A stretch of DNA of 63,171 bases, filler included. It is 7 parts of 7 records of this genome, joined end to end, with 100 filler letters (N's around TTAATTAATTAA, not from the genome) between each part and the next. Parts side by side here need not be neighbours in the genome. Positions count along the whole stretch, not along the records: positions 33,424 to 46,657 come from SRR31156797_58477; positions 46,758 to 53,117 come from SRR31156797_58485; 5 more parts are not named here. The stretch is one strand, 5' to 3'. A program made the position numbers and the translations under genes. Shown here one piece after another: positions 39,330 through 49,528 of the stretch. The notes under the pieces were generated by a model. It did not search any database and was not told the DNA's origin. It worked only from the letters and a program-made list of their open reading frames with translations. Within the stretch, counting starts at the first letter, position 1; each line of letters opens with the position of its first letter.

Positions 39330-40643
39330 TCATCTGATTTCGATTACTTCTCCAAAGGGTACCATCGCCTCTTGGGTGCCCGTATGGGCCCACAATACGG
39401 GGAAGTCCGGTTTTGGAGGAAAATGATTGCATGCCAGATCCGTCAGATAAATCATATACCGCGGCTGCAGGCCCCGTTGTTGAACCCATTTGAAGGCCGG
39501 ACGATAATCGGTGCCGCCCCCGCCTTTATAGGTCAGCTTAAGGGGCAGGTCCATCCGATGCACCTCCCGGGACTCGGTGACCCTCATGTCGCAAAACAGA
39601 AGGTGAATGGTCATGGCGCAGTCGTTTATGATGGCGCTGATTTCAGCGGAGAACTGCTCCAGTTCCCAGGTGGAGACACTGCCCGAGGTATCCACCGCCA
39701 CCACGGCATCGGGAAGGTCTTCACTGCGCATGGTCGGCAAATACAGGCCCCGGTGCAGGTAACGCCTGTTGGGCGGCATCAGGGCATAATCGTTCCGGGC
39801 GCCGGCATTGATGAACCGTCCCAGAAGGCTTCGCCAGTCAAGCTTCGGGTTTAACGCCGTATCGATGATTCTTGCCAGTGACGCGGGCAGGTCCCCAAAG
39901 GATTTTGCCTGCATGGCCGCCTGGGCCAGGGCGATCTTCCACTGGTTTTCAAGGTTTTCCGTATCCGCCACATTTCCCGATGTGCCCTCGGGCTCGGGCG
40001 CGTCCCTTATTTCATCCAGGGTTTCATATGCTTCCTCCGATCCGTGACGGCTTTCGTCCTCTTGAAAGGCATTTTCCCCATGGGCGTCAGTGGGTGTCGA
40101 CTTTCCACCCGTTTCATCACCATCTCGGTCTTCCGCCTGATCAGGTGTATCCGCATCGGGGGGATCCGTCGATGTTTCGTCGGTATCATGTTGTTGGGAT
40201 ACGGCCTTTTTTTCCTCCCTTCTTGAATCATCGTTTTGAACGGATAGAAGATCATAAATCTCATCCGCGGTTTTGCCCCGCCATTCCGTCCTGTCCAGGT
40301 AACCCTCCGGCAGCGCCAAACCCGCTTCCAGAAGGATCCAGTTGATGGCGTAATCACAGGCGGCATTCCATTGGTCGGGATCCCGACCCTTCCGGCGGGC
40401 ATGATGCCCGCAAACCTGGTGCATCACCAGGTGGCCCAGTAGCCCTTTCAGCTTATCATGGGACAAAATGCTGACATAAGCGGGATTGTAGGCCAGTGTG
40501 CGTCCGTCTGACCAGGCGGTCCGGCAGGCTGGATCCGCTTTCAGGGGCATGCGTAGGGATAAGGAACCGAAAAACGGATGATCCAGTAACAACAGTGATC
40601 TGGCCTTGACTATTTTGGGATGGGTTTCCATATTCCGGGTCAT
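39330..40643 (-). CDS. DUF2201-type metallopeptidase-like plus VWA domain protein
   Basis: HPFFGSL, TAWSDG, WNAACDYAIN, acidic linker, MIDAS motif VDTSGS, GGGGTD, YLTD. ATGA overlap with the AAA+ gene. Confidence 0.88.
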   Translation of the reverse strand: MTRNMETHPKIVKARSLLLLDHPFFGSLSLRMPLKADPACRTAWSDGRTLAYNPAYVSILSHDKLKGLLGHLVMHQVCGHHARRKGRDPDQWNAACDYAINWILLEAGLALPEGYLDRTEWRGKTADEIYDLLSVQNDDSRREEKKAVSQQHDTDETSTDPPDADTPDQAEDRDGDETGGKSTPTDAHGENAFQEDESRHGSEEAYETLDEIRDAPEPEGTSGNVADTENLENQWKIALAQAAMQAKSFGDLPASLARIIDTALNPKLDWRSLLGRFINAGARNDYALMPPNRRYLHRGLYLPTMRSEDLPDAVVAVDTSGSVSTWELEQFSAEISAIINDCAMTIHLLFCDMRVTESREVHRMDLPLKLTYKGGGGTDYRPAFKWVQQRGLQPRYMIYLTDLACNHFPPKPDFPVLWAHTGTQEAMVPFGEVIEIR

Positions 40644-41623
40644 AATAGGACATCCGAATAAGCGGTGGCCCATTCGTTAAAGGCTTCGGTGTTAACCACT
40701 TCCCTGTCGGTCTTGACGGCATCCCTCACCAGCAGAACGCTGAATTCGGGCGGGAGCCGTTTGGCGTATGCGACCAACCGGTCCATGTTATGGGGGGCGG
40801 CTTTATCCGCCAACACCTGGCATACCGCATACAGGGTGGCGGGATCATCCGGAATTTCCGCGGTTTCCGGCCGGTTCAAAAGATCGTCGGGATCCGGCAG
40901 TTCATGGAACAGGCGTTGAAATCCTGAAAATTCGGCCGCGGCTCCCTGGCCCACGGTTCCGGCCAGCAGTTCATAATCACGTGAAAGCTGTTCATCGACG
41001 GAAACGATGCCGGAAACAAACTCCCATGACCTGGGTGTTGGGAACGCTTTTTCTTCCTTCAGGGGATCGAAAGCATGCAACAGATTGGGGCGGAACCGTA
41101 AAAAGGCGATGACTTCCCGCGCCAATCTGTTTTCCGCGGCCCAGGCGCACCAATCCTCAAGATCCACTTGAAAATCGAGATGCACGAATCGGTTGGCCAG
41201 GGCCGACGGCATGCGATGGATCACAGCCCGGTCGGTCTCCCGGTTGCCCGCGGCAACGATGCGCCATCCATCCGGCAGCCGGTAATTGCCCAGGCGTCTA
41301 TCCAGCACCAACTGGTAGCAAGCCGCCTGTACCAGGGGGGGCGCCGCGTTCAATTCATCCAGGAAGAGGATTCCCCTTCCTTCCGCGGGAAGGAAATCCG
41401 GGGGGCACCAGGCGGCGCGCCCGGTGTTGTCGATATGGGGCAGACCTCTCAAGTCGACCGGGTCCAGGAGGACGGCCCGGATATCCCTCAATTCATACGC
41501 ATGTTCTTCCGCCACCTGGGCCACCACCTGGCTTTTTCCCACGCCCGGAGCGCCCCATATAAACACCGGTTGGTTGATTTCGAGTAGCCGTTCAAGGGTC
41601 TCTTTAATTCTGGAAGGTTTCAT
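40640..41623 (-). CDS. MoxR/AAA_5-type AAA+ ATPase
   Basis: Walker A GAPGVGKS, DLRGLP, Walker B LFLDE, AAGNR, ALANRF, PTPRSW. Confidence 0.92.
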   Translation of the reverse strand: MKPSRIKETLERLLEINQPVFIWGAPGVGKSQVVAQVAEEHAYELRDIRAVLLDPVDLRGLPHIDNTGRAAWCPPDFLPAEGRGILFLDELNAAPPLVQAACYQLVLDRRLGNYRLPDGWRIVAAGNRETDRAVIHRMPSALANRFVHLDFQVDLEDWCAWAAENRLAREVIAFLRFRPNLLHAFDPLKEEKAFPTPRSWEFVSGIVSVDEQLSRDYELLAGTVGQGAAAEFSGFQRLFHELPDPDDLLNRPETAEIPDDPATLYAVCQVLADKAAPHNMDRLVAYAKRLPPEFSVLLVRDAVKTDREVVNTEAFNEWATAYSDVLL

Positions 41624-41709
41624 ATGTCACCAGTATGCGGATCGCCGGGTAAAAGTTTCGGCAAATCCGTCTCTCTTTGATTTTTTCAGTTAAACGGGTT
41701 TGACCCCCG

Positions 41710-42429
41710 TCAACATGATCGACCGTGTTCCATGGGAACCCCGGACCTCATGTTTGTGACGCGGTCATTGACCCGCTTGATCAGGAACCGGTAAAAGAGC
41801 AGGGCCACTAAATTGGGTCGGTTCCTGTATTGATCGCTCCGGTAGTAATCCGAGGGGTCCTTCCAGACACCATGGTCCTCCACAACGGCATCCATCTGAA
41901 CGAATGCCTCATTTTCAATGTTAAAGTCGGCACTCGATTTTCCGCCGGCCCATGAAATGGAATATCCGGTGTCCCAACCTTTTTTCCGAAGGGCCTGCTT
42001 GCCGGATCTGTAGAACGCCATGTCATTGATGAAGGAATCAATCATGCGCCAGCGTCTGTCTATTTTGACCCCAATCCAGCTGTGGGAAATCAACGCCGGC
42101 ATGAGCCGATAGGCGATCCCCGTAAAAAGACCTCTCTGAATCTCCTTCTTGATGAGGGAGAAATGGATGCGTGAAGGGATGCCGGCGGCCTTGCACAAGG
42201 CAAGAAAGAGTGTACCCTTGGTATTGCACTGTCCCATTTTAAGCCGGATGGTCTCGGATGCCTTGACAAGGTCCTCTTTCTTGGGAAAACCGAAAAGGAT
42301 TTCATCGCGCACATGGATGAACAGTTTTTCCAGTTTTCCCGGCAAGGATGCCTCCCCCTTTGTCAACTTTTCCGCGGTTTCGCGAACCATCGGATGGTTA
42401 TAGTCCGCCAATGGCGACATCGAATACAT
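41710..42429 (-). CDS. Transglutaminase-like protein
   Basis: GQCNTKGTLFLALCKAAGIPSRIH, HSW, WRMID (Cys-His-Asp triad). AAGGAG RBS before ATG 42429. Confidence 0.85.
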   Translation of the reverse strand: MYSMSPLADYNHPMVRETAEKLTKGEASLPGKLEKLFIHVRDEILFGFPKKEDLVKASETIRLKMGQCNTKGTLFLALCKAAGIPSRIHFSLIKKEIQRGLFTGIAYRLMPALISHSWIGVKIDRRWRMIDSFINDMAFYRSGKQALRKKGWDTGYSISWAGGKSSADFNIENEAFVQMDAVVEDHGVWKDPSDYYRSDQYRNRPNLVALLFYRFLIKRVNDRVTNMRSGVPMEHGRSC

Positions 42430-42843
42430 GATGCTCCTTTCAAAAACCTTGATTGTGAGAGTAGCATTTATAAGTGTTGATCGCAAAATAATATTAGATT
42501 TATCTAATTCTATTGAAAATGGTAAATCTGTCAAGGTTTTTTTCGTCAACGGATTGATACCGAAACGCCCTGAAAATGTGCAATCCGGCTCTGATAACAA
42601 TTGTTTGGCGGCATTTTTTTTGATTATAAGGGGCTCGGATAATAGACTGTTATAAAAGTTATATTATTCTAACAAAAATATATTGACATAACAATTTATG
42701 GAGGCTAGAATGCGCACGATTTCAGTGGAAGGGGAACGTTTTCATCAATTTGGAATCCTTGCCTTACGGTCTTCGATCTATTTTTTTGGATGCGGAAAAA
42801 GTGAAGGCTTTAACATAAAGATTAGGGAAAGGAGATCGTCAAA

Positions 42844-43293
42844 ATGAACAAAGCATTAATCGTGTATGGTTCAACAACCGGGAATACGGAATCCGTTGCG
42901 GAAAAAATCAACGATATTTTCGAAGAAAAGGATTGGGATACGGTTTTAAAGAATGTGGATGAGACCTCCGTCGAGGAGCTTGCATGGGATTACGATCTGC
43001 TGCTGCTGGGCGCCTCCACATGGGGCGATGAAGACATTGAAATTCAGGAGGATTTTGCCGAGTTTTATGAAAATATGGATACCGTGTCCCTGGGTGGAAA
43101 AAAGGCGGCGGTTTTCGGTTGCGGCGACAGTTCCTACACCCATTATTGCGGGGCCGTGGACGTTATCGGAGAAAAACTTGAAAAAATGGGAGGCGTCCTT
43201 CCCTTTGAATCTTTGAAAATCGACGGCGATCCGGATGATGTGGAGGATGACGTTATCGACTGGGCCGTCACGATCGCTGAAAGTTCCCCATAG
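42844..43293 (+). CDS. fld: Short-chain flavodoxin
   Basis: IVYGSTTGNTE, LGASTWG, AVFGCGDSSYTHYCGAVD, LKIDGDP. Confidence 0.95.
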   Translation: MNKALIVYGSTTGNTESVAEKINDIFEEKDWDTVLKNVDETSVEELAWDYDLLLLGASTWGDEDIEIQEDFAEFYENMDTVSLGGKKAAVFGCGDSSYTHYCGAVDVIGEKLEKMGGVLPFESLKIDGDPDDVEDDVIDWAVTIAESSP

Positions 43294-43308
43294 GTGGTAA
43301 TGAAATAG

Positions 43309-43476
43309 ATGGGCGGAGAATCACACTCAAAACCCGGATTGGCTCGGCTCGAGATTCTGGGTAAGGAAATGATCGAAAAACAGGTCAAAACCAGCGGGAA
43401 CAGTTGCAACAGCGGCAGGATTTATCTTCCATCCGCATGGGTGGGATGCAGGGTGAAAATTGTTCGGATGGACTGA
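43309..43476 (+). CDS. Small DUF2080-like protein (55 aa)
   Basis: Not in the ORF track. Hand translation MGGESHSKPGLARLEILGKEMIEKQVKTSGNSCNSGRIYLPSAWVGCRVKIVRMD*. Confidence 0.7.
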   Translation: MGGESHSKPGLARLEILGKEMIEKQVKTSGNSCNSGRIYLPSAWVGCRVKIVRMD

Positions 43477-43529
43477 GGATTCTGTTTTCTTTCACCTTTG
43501 TCATATTTATTGTTTTCAGGAGGGCTTGC

Positions 43530-43925
43530 ATGAGGCCAGTGTTTAAGATCGGTTTACGTTACAGTGGGGGCAATCTGCATCTGAATCCGGAAGGACCGTT
43601 TAATGGAAAGAGTGCCTGGGTCTTGATCAAGACCATTAAAAGCAGTTACCGGGGCACTGGCCGTATTTTTGTCAACACCACCGGCCTTTGCGAAATCATG
43701 CCGTCCGGGGCACATCTCTTCAAGGAACTGATGACGTCCAAAAATATGCCGCTGAGCCGGCTCTATCTGAAGGGTGAAAAAGGTTTTGAAATCGGACCGA
43801 ACGGATCAAGGGTCCTGGTCTGTAATCCGGAAAAGGTCAAACGGAAAACCTTGCCGCCGTTTCGGCCCGTATTATGCACTAAAAAACGTAATCGGGCCAA
43901 AAGTAAAGGAATCAATAATGAGTAA
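43530..43925 (+). CDS. Small STAS-like hypothetical protein
   Basis: GNLHLNPEGPFNGKSAW...RIFVNT...LKGEKGFEIGPNGSRVL. AGGAGG RBS before ATG 43530. Confidence 0.65.
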   Translation: MRPVFKIGLRYSGGNLHLNPEGPFNGKSAWVLIKTIKSSYRGTGRIFVNTTGLCEIMPSGAHLFKELMTSKNMPLSRLYLKGEKGFEIGPNGSRVLVCNPEKVKRKTLPPFRPVLCTKKRNRAKSKGINNE

Positions 43926-44153
43926 ATTGCCTGTGGCGGATTTTGAAAGGCTCCATCAAATTGCCGACATGGTTTTAAGAAATCCCGCAATTGTTATGAT
44001 ATTCTAATGAATATATATTTACAAAATATGTTTCCGGCGCTAGGGTTCCGAAAAAATCCGAACGGGATACTTTGTGGCGTCGGGATACATTTCACCCCTT
44101 ATATACATACGGCTCTTGTGGCCGTTTTTTATGATCAATATCAGTTTTTTTTG

Positions 44154-44804
44154 AGTGAAAACAAGTACCGGAATCTTTTTGAAAATGCCGCGGAAGGCAT
44201 TTTCCGTTCCGATCCCACGGGAAGCCTGGTGCATGTCAATCCCGCAATGGCGCATATTCTGGGATACCCCTCACCATCGCATATCCTGGAACAACAATCC
44301 GTCAAGTCGGCTCTGGAGACCCAGGAAGGATACCGGCAGGTTTTTTCAATTGTGGTCCAAAAAGGCGAATGCCGGCAATACCAGACTGAATTGATCCGGA
44401 AAGAAGGCAACCGCATATGGGTGGAAGTCAGTGCCCACGCTTCCAGGGATGAGAGGGGAGACATGCGGTTTGTGGATGGTCTTCTTCTGGATGTAACCGA
44501 AAAAAGACATCTGCACGACCGGTTGGCCCACATGGCCCACACGGATGAACTCACCGGTATCTGCAACCGCCGCCGGTTTACGGAAAAGCTGCGGTTGGAA
44601 ATCCGGCGCGTACGGAAGGCTCGGGGCGCCTTATCTTTCATCATGATCGATGTGGATCATTTTAAAGCCATCAACGACCGGTTCGGCCATGGTGTGGGAG
44701 ATGAGGCCCTAAAAAAAAATACGGCGACCTGTCAAAAAGCGCTCAGGGACAGGGACGTTTTGGGACGATTGGGGGGTGAGGAGTTCGGTGTGATTCTGCC
44801 GGAC
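44154..44804 (+). pseudogene. PAS-GGDEF diguanylate cyclase remnant
   Basis: SENKYRNLFENAAEGIF (PAS), DELTGICNRR, IDVDHFKAINDRFGH, GRLGGEEFGVILP. Similarity stops abruptly after that, and there is no credible N terminus. Confidence 0.75.
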
Positions 44805-44900
44805 GGGGAAGATGAGGCCCCAGCTGATATTGGGCGGTTTGAGATAGTAGGCGCGCAGGTCCTTGACAAAAATGTTCCAGAAGGCGATCCACTGTTTCAA
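44805..44900 (-). pseudogene. N-terminal fragment of an ABC-2 type permease
   Basis: KQWIAFWNIFVKDLRAYYLKPPNISWGLIFP, ending where the GGDEF remnant ends. Confidence 0.6.
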
Positions 44901-45038
44901 GGTTGCTGCCATCCGGAACCACACCGATTACTTGTGCCGGTTTACAGACACCTGATTGACATAGTGGGTTAAATCGCTTATGTCAATATAAAACGAATTC
45001 GGACGCATCTTCAGGCAGGGTTGATAAAGAAGTTCAAT

Positions 45039-45410
45039 ATGCTCGAAAAAACCGTGTACAGGGTTTTTTGTTTTATTTCATTTTTTGTTTGTTTTATACC
45101 TGTGGGGTATGCACGTCCCACGCCCATCCCCATGTGTTCATCGACAGCTGGGTCACGGTGGTTTTTGACGAAAAGGGGCTTGCGGGTTTCAATATCCGCT
45201 GGGCCTTTGATGACATGTTCAGCAGTATGCTCATCTTTTGATCAAAAGTATTATACCGATGTTTTACCGGGAAAAGCACATTTGAAATTCAAGAATCAAG
45301 GGGTTTTTGAAGTCCGCCACCGCTTTTCGCAAAACAAGTCGGAAGCCTATTTTTTTGAGCAGATTTATCCCTATGAAGCGACTGTCAGGTTCCGTTTAAA
45401 AATTGGGTAG
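45039..45410 (+). pseudogene. DUF1007-like periplasmic protein, frameshifted and internally deleted
   Basis: Signal peptide is in one frame and AHPHVFIDSWVTVVFDEKGLAGFNIRWAFDDMFS in another. The C-terminal FDQKYYTDV returns to the first frame. Confidence 0.75.
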
Positions 45411-46308
45411 AATAATTCTCATTATGATTTTCTTTTCAGCGCTTCTCTTGGGCGCGGGCACCTGGGCGTATTGTCAAAACCCCTTCATGCCCAAAAAAAA
45501 TGTGACGGAGCAGGTTTCCGAAGTGCCTGGACCCAAGAGTACCTTCCTGTTAAAGATATCCCTGTGGCAACAGCAACTGAAGCGAAAAATGGCGGCTCTT
45601 GTGCGGCAGGCAAAGACCGAGAAAAAATTGGGCCCCCTGGTGATTGTACTTCTGCTGTCTCTGGGGTACGGCGCACTTCATGCGGCAGGGCCCGGTCACG
45701 GCAAAGCGGTCGCAACTTCTTTTATGCTATCTCGCAATCCAACCATTTACAGCGGTCTGGCGTTCGGCGTTTTGACAGCTTTATTCCATGGGATGTCGGG
45801 AATTCTCTGTGTACTGTTGCTTCGTTACATGCTGGAGCAAAGCGTCTCTTCCAGTCTTGAATCCGCATCGAGCATCATGCAAACGGTCAGTTTTGCTTTG
45901 ATTGGACTTCTGGGGATGGGCATTCTGATCAAAAACCTTTATGCCCTTATCAAAGGGAATGGTTACGCTGACAGTGACGCTGTTCCAGCAGAAAGGACGA
46001 CTAAAAAAAGATTTCTGGTCTGGGCCCTGGCGGTGGGACTGGTACCATGCCCCGGTGTGGTAATGGTCCTTCTTTTTTGCATGTCCATGGATGCCTTTAT
46101 GCTGGGATTGCTGCTGGCAATTTGCATCTCTATCGGCATGTCCATGACCATCAGCTTTGTTATTCTGGCGGTGGTTATAGGGAAAGCTTATTCCATGAAG
46201 TTTTTTTCAGATAAATGGACCATTCGAATGGAGCATTTCATGGGTCTTTTTTCCGGATGTGCCATTACCACATTGGCGGTGCTATTCCTATTGTCAGTGC
46301 AGGGCTGA
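45403..46308 (+). CDS. RcnA/NicO-like nickel/cobalt transporter
   Basis: YGALHAAGPGHGKAV, GLVPCPG, GMSMT, multiple TM segments. Downstream of the DUF1007-like gene. Confidence 0.85.
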   Translation: MGRIILIMIFFSALLLGAGTWAYCQNPFMPKKNVTEQVSEVPGPKSTFLLKISLWQQQLKRKMAALVRQAKTEKKLGPLVIVLLLSLGYGALHAAGPGHGKAVATSFMLSRNPTIYSGLAFGVLTALFHGMSGILCVLLLRYMLEQSVSSSLESASSIMQTVSFALIGLLGMGILIKNLYALIKGNGYADSDAVPAERTTKKRFLVWALAVGLVPCPGVVMVLLFCMSMDAFMLGLLLAICISIGMSMTISFVILAVVIGKAYSMKFFSDKWTIRMEHFMGLFSGCAITTLAVLFLLSVQG

Positions 46309-46369
46309 TCCATTTGCTGGCGAAAAGGAATCAAAAAAATTTGGTTTGCACGCCTAAATACGTGGCAAA

Positions 46370-46625
46370 CATGTCGCAACCAAAGATTCAGGAACTGCTT
46401 GAAAATTGCGGTGTATTCATTTCGCAACCGACTATTTCCCGAATCCTCACCAATGATGAAACCGGATTCAACCAGGAGAAAAAAGATATCTTCCGTGCTG
46501 CTCTTGAGCATACGCCTTACCACCAGATCGACGATACCACGGTAAGGGTCAACGGTAAAAACCGGTATTCACAAATTTTGTGTAAGCCATATTATACGGC
46601 CTTTTTCACCGTTCCGCTCCCCTGA
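46370..46625 (+). mobile_element. IS66-family transposase internal fragment
   Basis: MSQPKIQELLENCGVFISQPTISRILT...YHQIDDTTVRVNGKN...CKPYYTAFFT. Truncated at both ends; no terminal repeats seen. Confidence 0.65.
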
Positions 46626-46657
46626 ATGGGAGCATCCGCTGTTTCTGACAAATGCGG

Positions 46658-46757
46658 NNNNNNNNNNNNNNNNNNNNNNNNNNNNNNNNNNNNNNNNNNN
46701 NTTAATTAATTAANNNNNNNNNNNNNNNNNNNNNNNNNNNNNNNNNNNNNNNNNNNN
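46658..46757. other. Artificial contig linker
   Basis: N44-TTAATTAATTAA-N44. Confidence 0.98.
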
Positions 46758-47456
46758 AAATTCTCCGGTACCCAGAAATTGTTTGTGTTGCCAGCCTTCA
46801 ACCTCGTTGTAAACAGCCATACGTGGGTAAAACTGGGCAATGGTATAGATGTAGTTGTCTTCTTCTTTAAAATATTCGTATCCCGAACGCCCCCCATCTT
46901 TTGTGCGGTCGTTAATATTATACCACCACTTTATATGGAATGAAACTGAATCTCCCGGATTAAGTGCCTTGGGAAGATCAACACGCATCATTGTTTTATT
47001 AATTGTTGCCGAAAGATCATTTCCTTCTGTATCTTTTACATAGTCGAGTTTAAAACCTCCATCAAAATCGTACATCAAACGTTTAAGTTGATTAAACGAA
47101 ACTCTTTTATCAAGGCTGGAACTCATTGTTTTGTAGGTGTCGGAATCTTTTGCCCGCATATTTTGGTCGAGTTGCAACCAAAGATATTTTAGAACATCAG
47201 GCGATAGGTTATGATAAGTAATCACCTCTTCTCCATATATACGTTGGTTTTCATCGTCAAGTCTGATGTCAATTTTATAATCAGCTTTTTGTTGCCAGTA
47301 TTTATGACCCGGAGCACCCGACGCTGTGCGGTAAACATTTGGTGTGGCTAACTCTTGTTTTAACTGGCGAAATTTATTTAGATTAACGTTTTCCTGTGCA
47401 TTAGTATTAAAAGAAAAAACGATTAAAAAGATATAAAGAAGTGCAAATGTTCTCAT
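46758..47456 (-). CDS. M1 family aminopeptidase, N-terminal part (3' truncated)
   Basis: Signal peptide; YRTASGAPG..YWQQKADY, LWLQLDQN, IAQFYPRMAVY, QFLGTGEF. The HExxH region lies outside the fragment. Confidence 0.8.
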
Positions 47457-47500
47457 TTTTGAAATTAAATATCTTGTAATTGTATCATAATGTTAGGTGG

Positions 47501-47508
47501 CAAAAGTA
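47501..47508 (-). promoter_or_regulatory. Bacteroidota-type -7 promoter box
   Basis: TACTTTTG on the - strand, matching TAnnTTTG. Confidence 0.55.
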
Positions 47509-47601
47509 ACATTCCATTCCACTTTTTGTTATCCTTACTCAAAAAAAATAAGATTGTTCACAAAAACTTGTCTTTCGTTTAAATACGAACACTTGTAATG
47601 A

Positions 47602-48180
47602 TTAAAAAAGCTCTCTTCCGGTTTCTAATAATAGTATTATCGAAATACCAAATGCTGCTCCGGAAATAAAAATTCGCCAAAAATCGTTTCTTACTTTAAC
47701 CAGGTTAATGCTAATGAATAACACCAGGAAATAGATTAGCAGGATTACAATCTGACCAATTTCCAAGCCGATATTAAAAGCCAGTAATGGAGTAAAAATT
47801 TCCGATTCGCGCCCAAGAAGTTGTTTTAAATAGTTTGAAAATCCGAGGCCATGTATCAAGCCAAAAAACAGGGTAATGATATACACAAAACGATTACTTT
47901 TTGACCTAAAAGGCATTATGTTAGACAAGGCCGTAATGCAAATGGTGGCCGGAATTAAAAACTCAATCAGGTTAGACGATAGATTTACTAAATTAAGGGT
48001 TGCCAGTGCCAGCGTTATTGAATGCCCCAGGGTAAAAGCAGTAATAAGAATCAGCACTTTTTTAAATTGGTTAAGGTTATATCCGGCGCAAAGCACCAAA
48101 ACAAATACGATATGATCATAACCATTCAAATCAATAATATGATTGAATCCCAGTTTGAGGTACATCTCGAACAAACTCAT
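47602..48180 (-). CDS. HupE/UreJ-like membrane protein
   Basis: GFNHI..GYDHIVF, TAFTLGHSITL, FGLIHGLGF, FNIGLEIGQ. Confidence 0.88.
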   Translation of the reverse strand: MSLFEMYLKLGFNHIIDLNGYDHIVFVLVLCAGYNLNQFKKVLILITAFTLGHSITLALATLNLVNLSSNLIEFLIPATICITALSNIMPFRSKSNRFVYIITLFFGLIHGLGFSNYLKQLLGRESEIFTPLLAFNIGLEIGQIVILLIYFLVLFISINLVKVRNDFWRIFISGAAFGISIILLLETGRELF

Positions 48181-48214
48181 AATTTTTTTAATTTAGCCCC
48201 ATAATTTGAAGGGT

Positions 48215-48730
48215 ATGAAAATAAATAAAAAAATAATTTTTTTGCTTTTGTTTGTTGTTTTTTGGGGTGTTTCTGCAAAATCTCACCCTTTTTATGTGAG
48301 TTTATGCCAGGTGGACTATAACCTTAAAAGCAAAAGTCTGGAAATATCGCTTAAGATTTTTGCCGATGATTTAATATTGGCGCTGGAAGAAATGGAAGAC
48401 ATTAAATTGTTCCTTGGTGAAGAAAATGAAAATCCAAGTACCAATACACTACTTGTTAAATACCTGAAAGAAAATCTGCAATTTTATATTGATGATGAAG
48501 TGGTATCGTACAACTTTATCGGAAAGGAGTTAGAGAAGGATGTTGTTTGGACCTATCTTGAAATTGAAAATATTGATAGCCTTAGTTTATTGGCAGTAAA
48601 AAATAGTTTGTTAATTGATGTTCTTCCGGATCAGAAAAATATGGTACAGGTGAATAACAAAGGAAAAATTAAAAACTTACTATTAAACAGTAGTAAAACA
48701 GAAGGCAGGCTCAAATTTGATGAGGAGTGA
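48215..48730 (+). CDS. DUF6702-like secreted protein
   Basis: Signal peptide, then HPFYVS...LEISLKIFADD...DQKNMV. Confidence 0.75.
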   Translation: MKINKKIIFLLLFVVFWGVSAKSHPFYVSLCQVDYNLKSKSLEISLKIFADDLILALEEMEDIKLFLGEENENPSTNTLLVKYLKENLQFYIDDEVVSYNFIGKELEKDVVWTYLEIENIDSLSLLAVKNSLLIDVLPDQKNMVQVNNKGKIKNLLLNSSKTEGRLKFDEE

Positions 48731-48801
48731 TTTGCTTTTTTATGTTCACTCTTATAAATTCACGATTATAAATTTAACTTTGCTGGTAACAACAAAATTG
48801 T

Positions 48802-49182
48802 ATGAGTCCGTTAGCAATAATAGGTGGATTTGTTATTACCCTCTCATTTTTGGTTTATGGAATAGGAAGCATATCATTGGTGCGCTTTCGTATTATTGGA
48901 AGAATGGCACTGGTGTCGTTAACGCTGGGAACACTCTTGGATTTTACCGCAATTCTTCTAATGGTTCTGGGAGCTGGACGTTTTCCTATATCACTTCATG
49001 GAATTTTGGGTAGCGTTGCGTTTTTTGTAATGCTTGTTAATTGTATATGGTGCTGGAATATATATATCAGTAACGGATTTGATTATAAAACAGGGAACAA
49101 ACACATTGTTTATACAAAAACTGCCTATGCTTTTTGGGTGGTTACTTATTTTTCCGGAAGTTTAATTCTAATGTGGAGATAA
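48802..49182 (+). CDS. Small 4-TM membrane protein
   Basis: Four hydrophobic segments including SLHGILG. Abuts yciH. Confidence 0.7.
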   Translation: MSPLAIIGGFVITLSFLVYGIGSISLVRFRIIGRMALVSLTLGTLLDFTAILLMVLGAGRFPISLHGILGSVAFFVMLVNCIWCWNIYISNGFDYKTGNKHIVYTKTAYAFWVVTYFSGSLILMWR

Positions 49183-49183
49183 T

Positions 49184-49528
49184 ATGGCGAATGATTGGAA
49201 AGACAGACTGGGAGTAGTATTTTCTACTAATTCCGACTATCAATTTGAAAAAGAAGGAGGAGAGACTGAAGAAACGCTTCCTCCACAACAACAGAATTTG
49301 CGCGTAATGCTTGATCGAAAAAAAAGAAAAGGTAAGGCGGTTACTTTGGTTACCGGTTTTGTTGGGTCAGAAAGCGACTTAAAAGAATTGGGGAAAAAAC
49401 TCAAATCGAAATGTGGGGTAGGAGGTAGTGTTAAAGATGGTGAAATTTTAATTCAGGGAGATTTTTGCCAGCGTATAATTGAGCTATTAAAAGCTGAGGG
49501 CTATAAGGTGAAACGTTCGGGAGGATAA
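49184..49528 (+). CDS. yciH: SUI1/YciH translation initiation factor
   Basis: [33 protein letters not shown]. Confidence 0.92.
   Translation: MANDWKDRLGVVFSTNSDYQFEKEGGETEETLPPQQQNLRVMLDRKKRKGKAVTLVTGFVGSESDLKELGKKLKSKCGVGGSVKDGEILIQGDFCQRIIELLKAEGYKVKRSGG

Noticed and set aside
44040-44100. CTAGGGTTCCG resembles the 5' end of ykkC-family riboswitches
   Set aside because: The downstream conserved elements, such as AAAAGCCCGGGAG, are absent.
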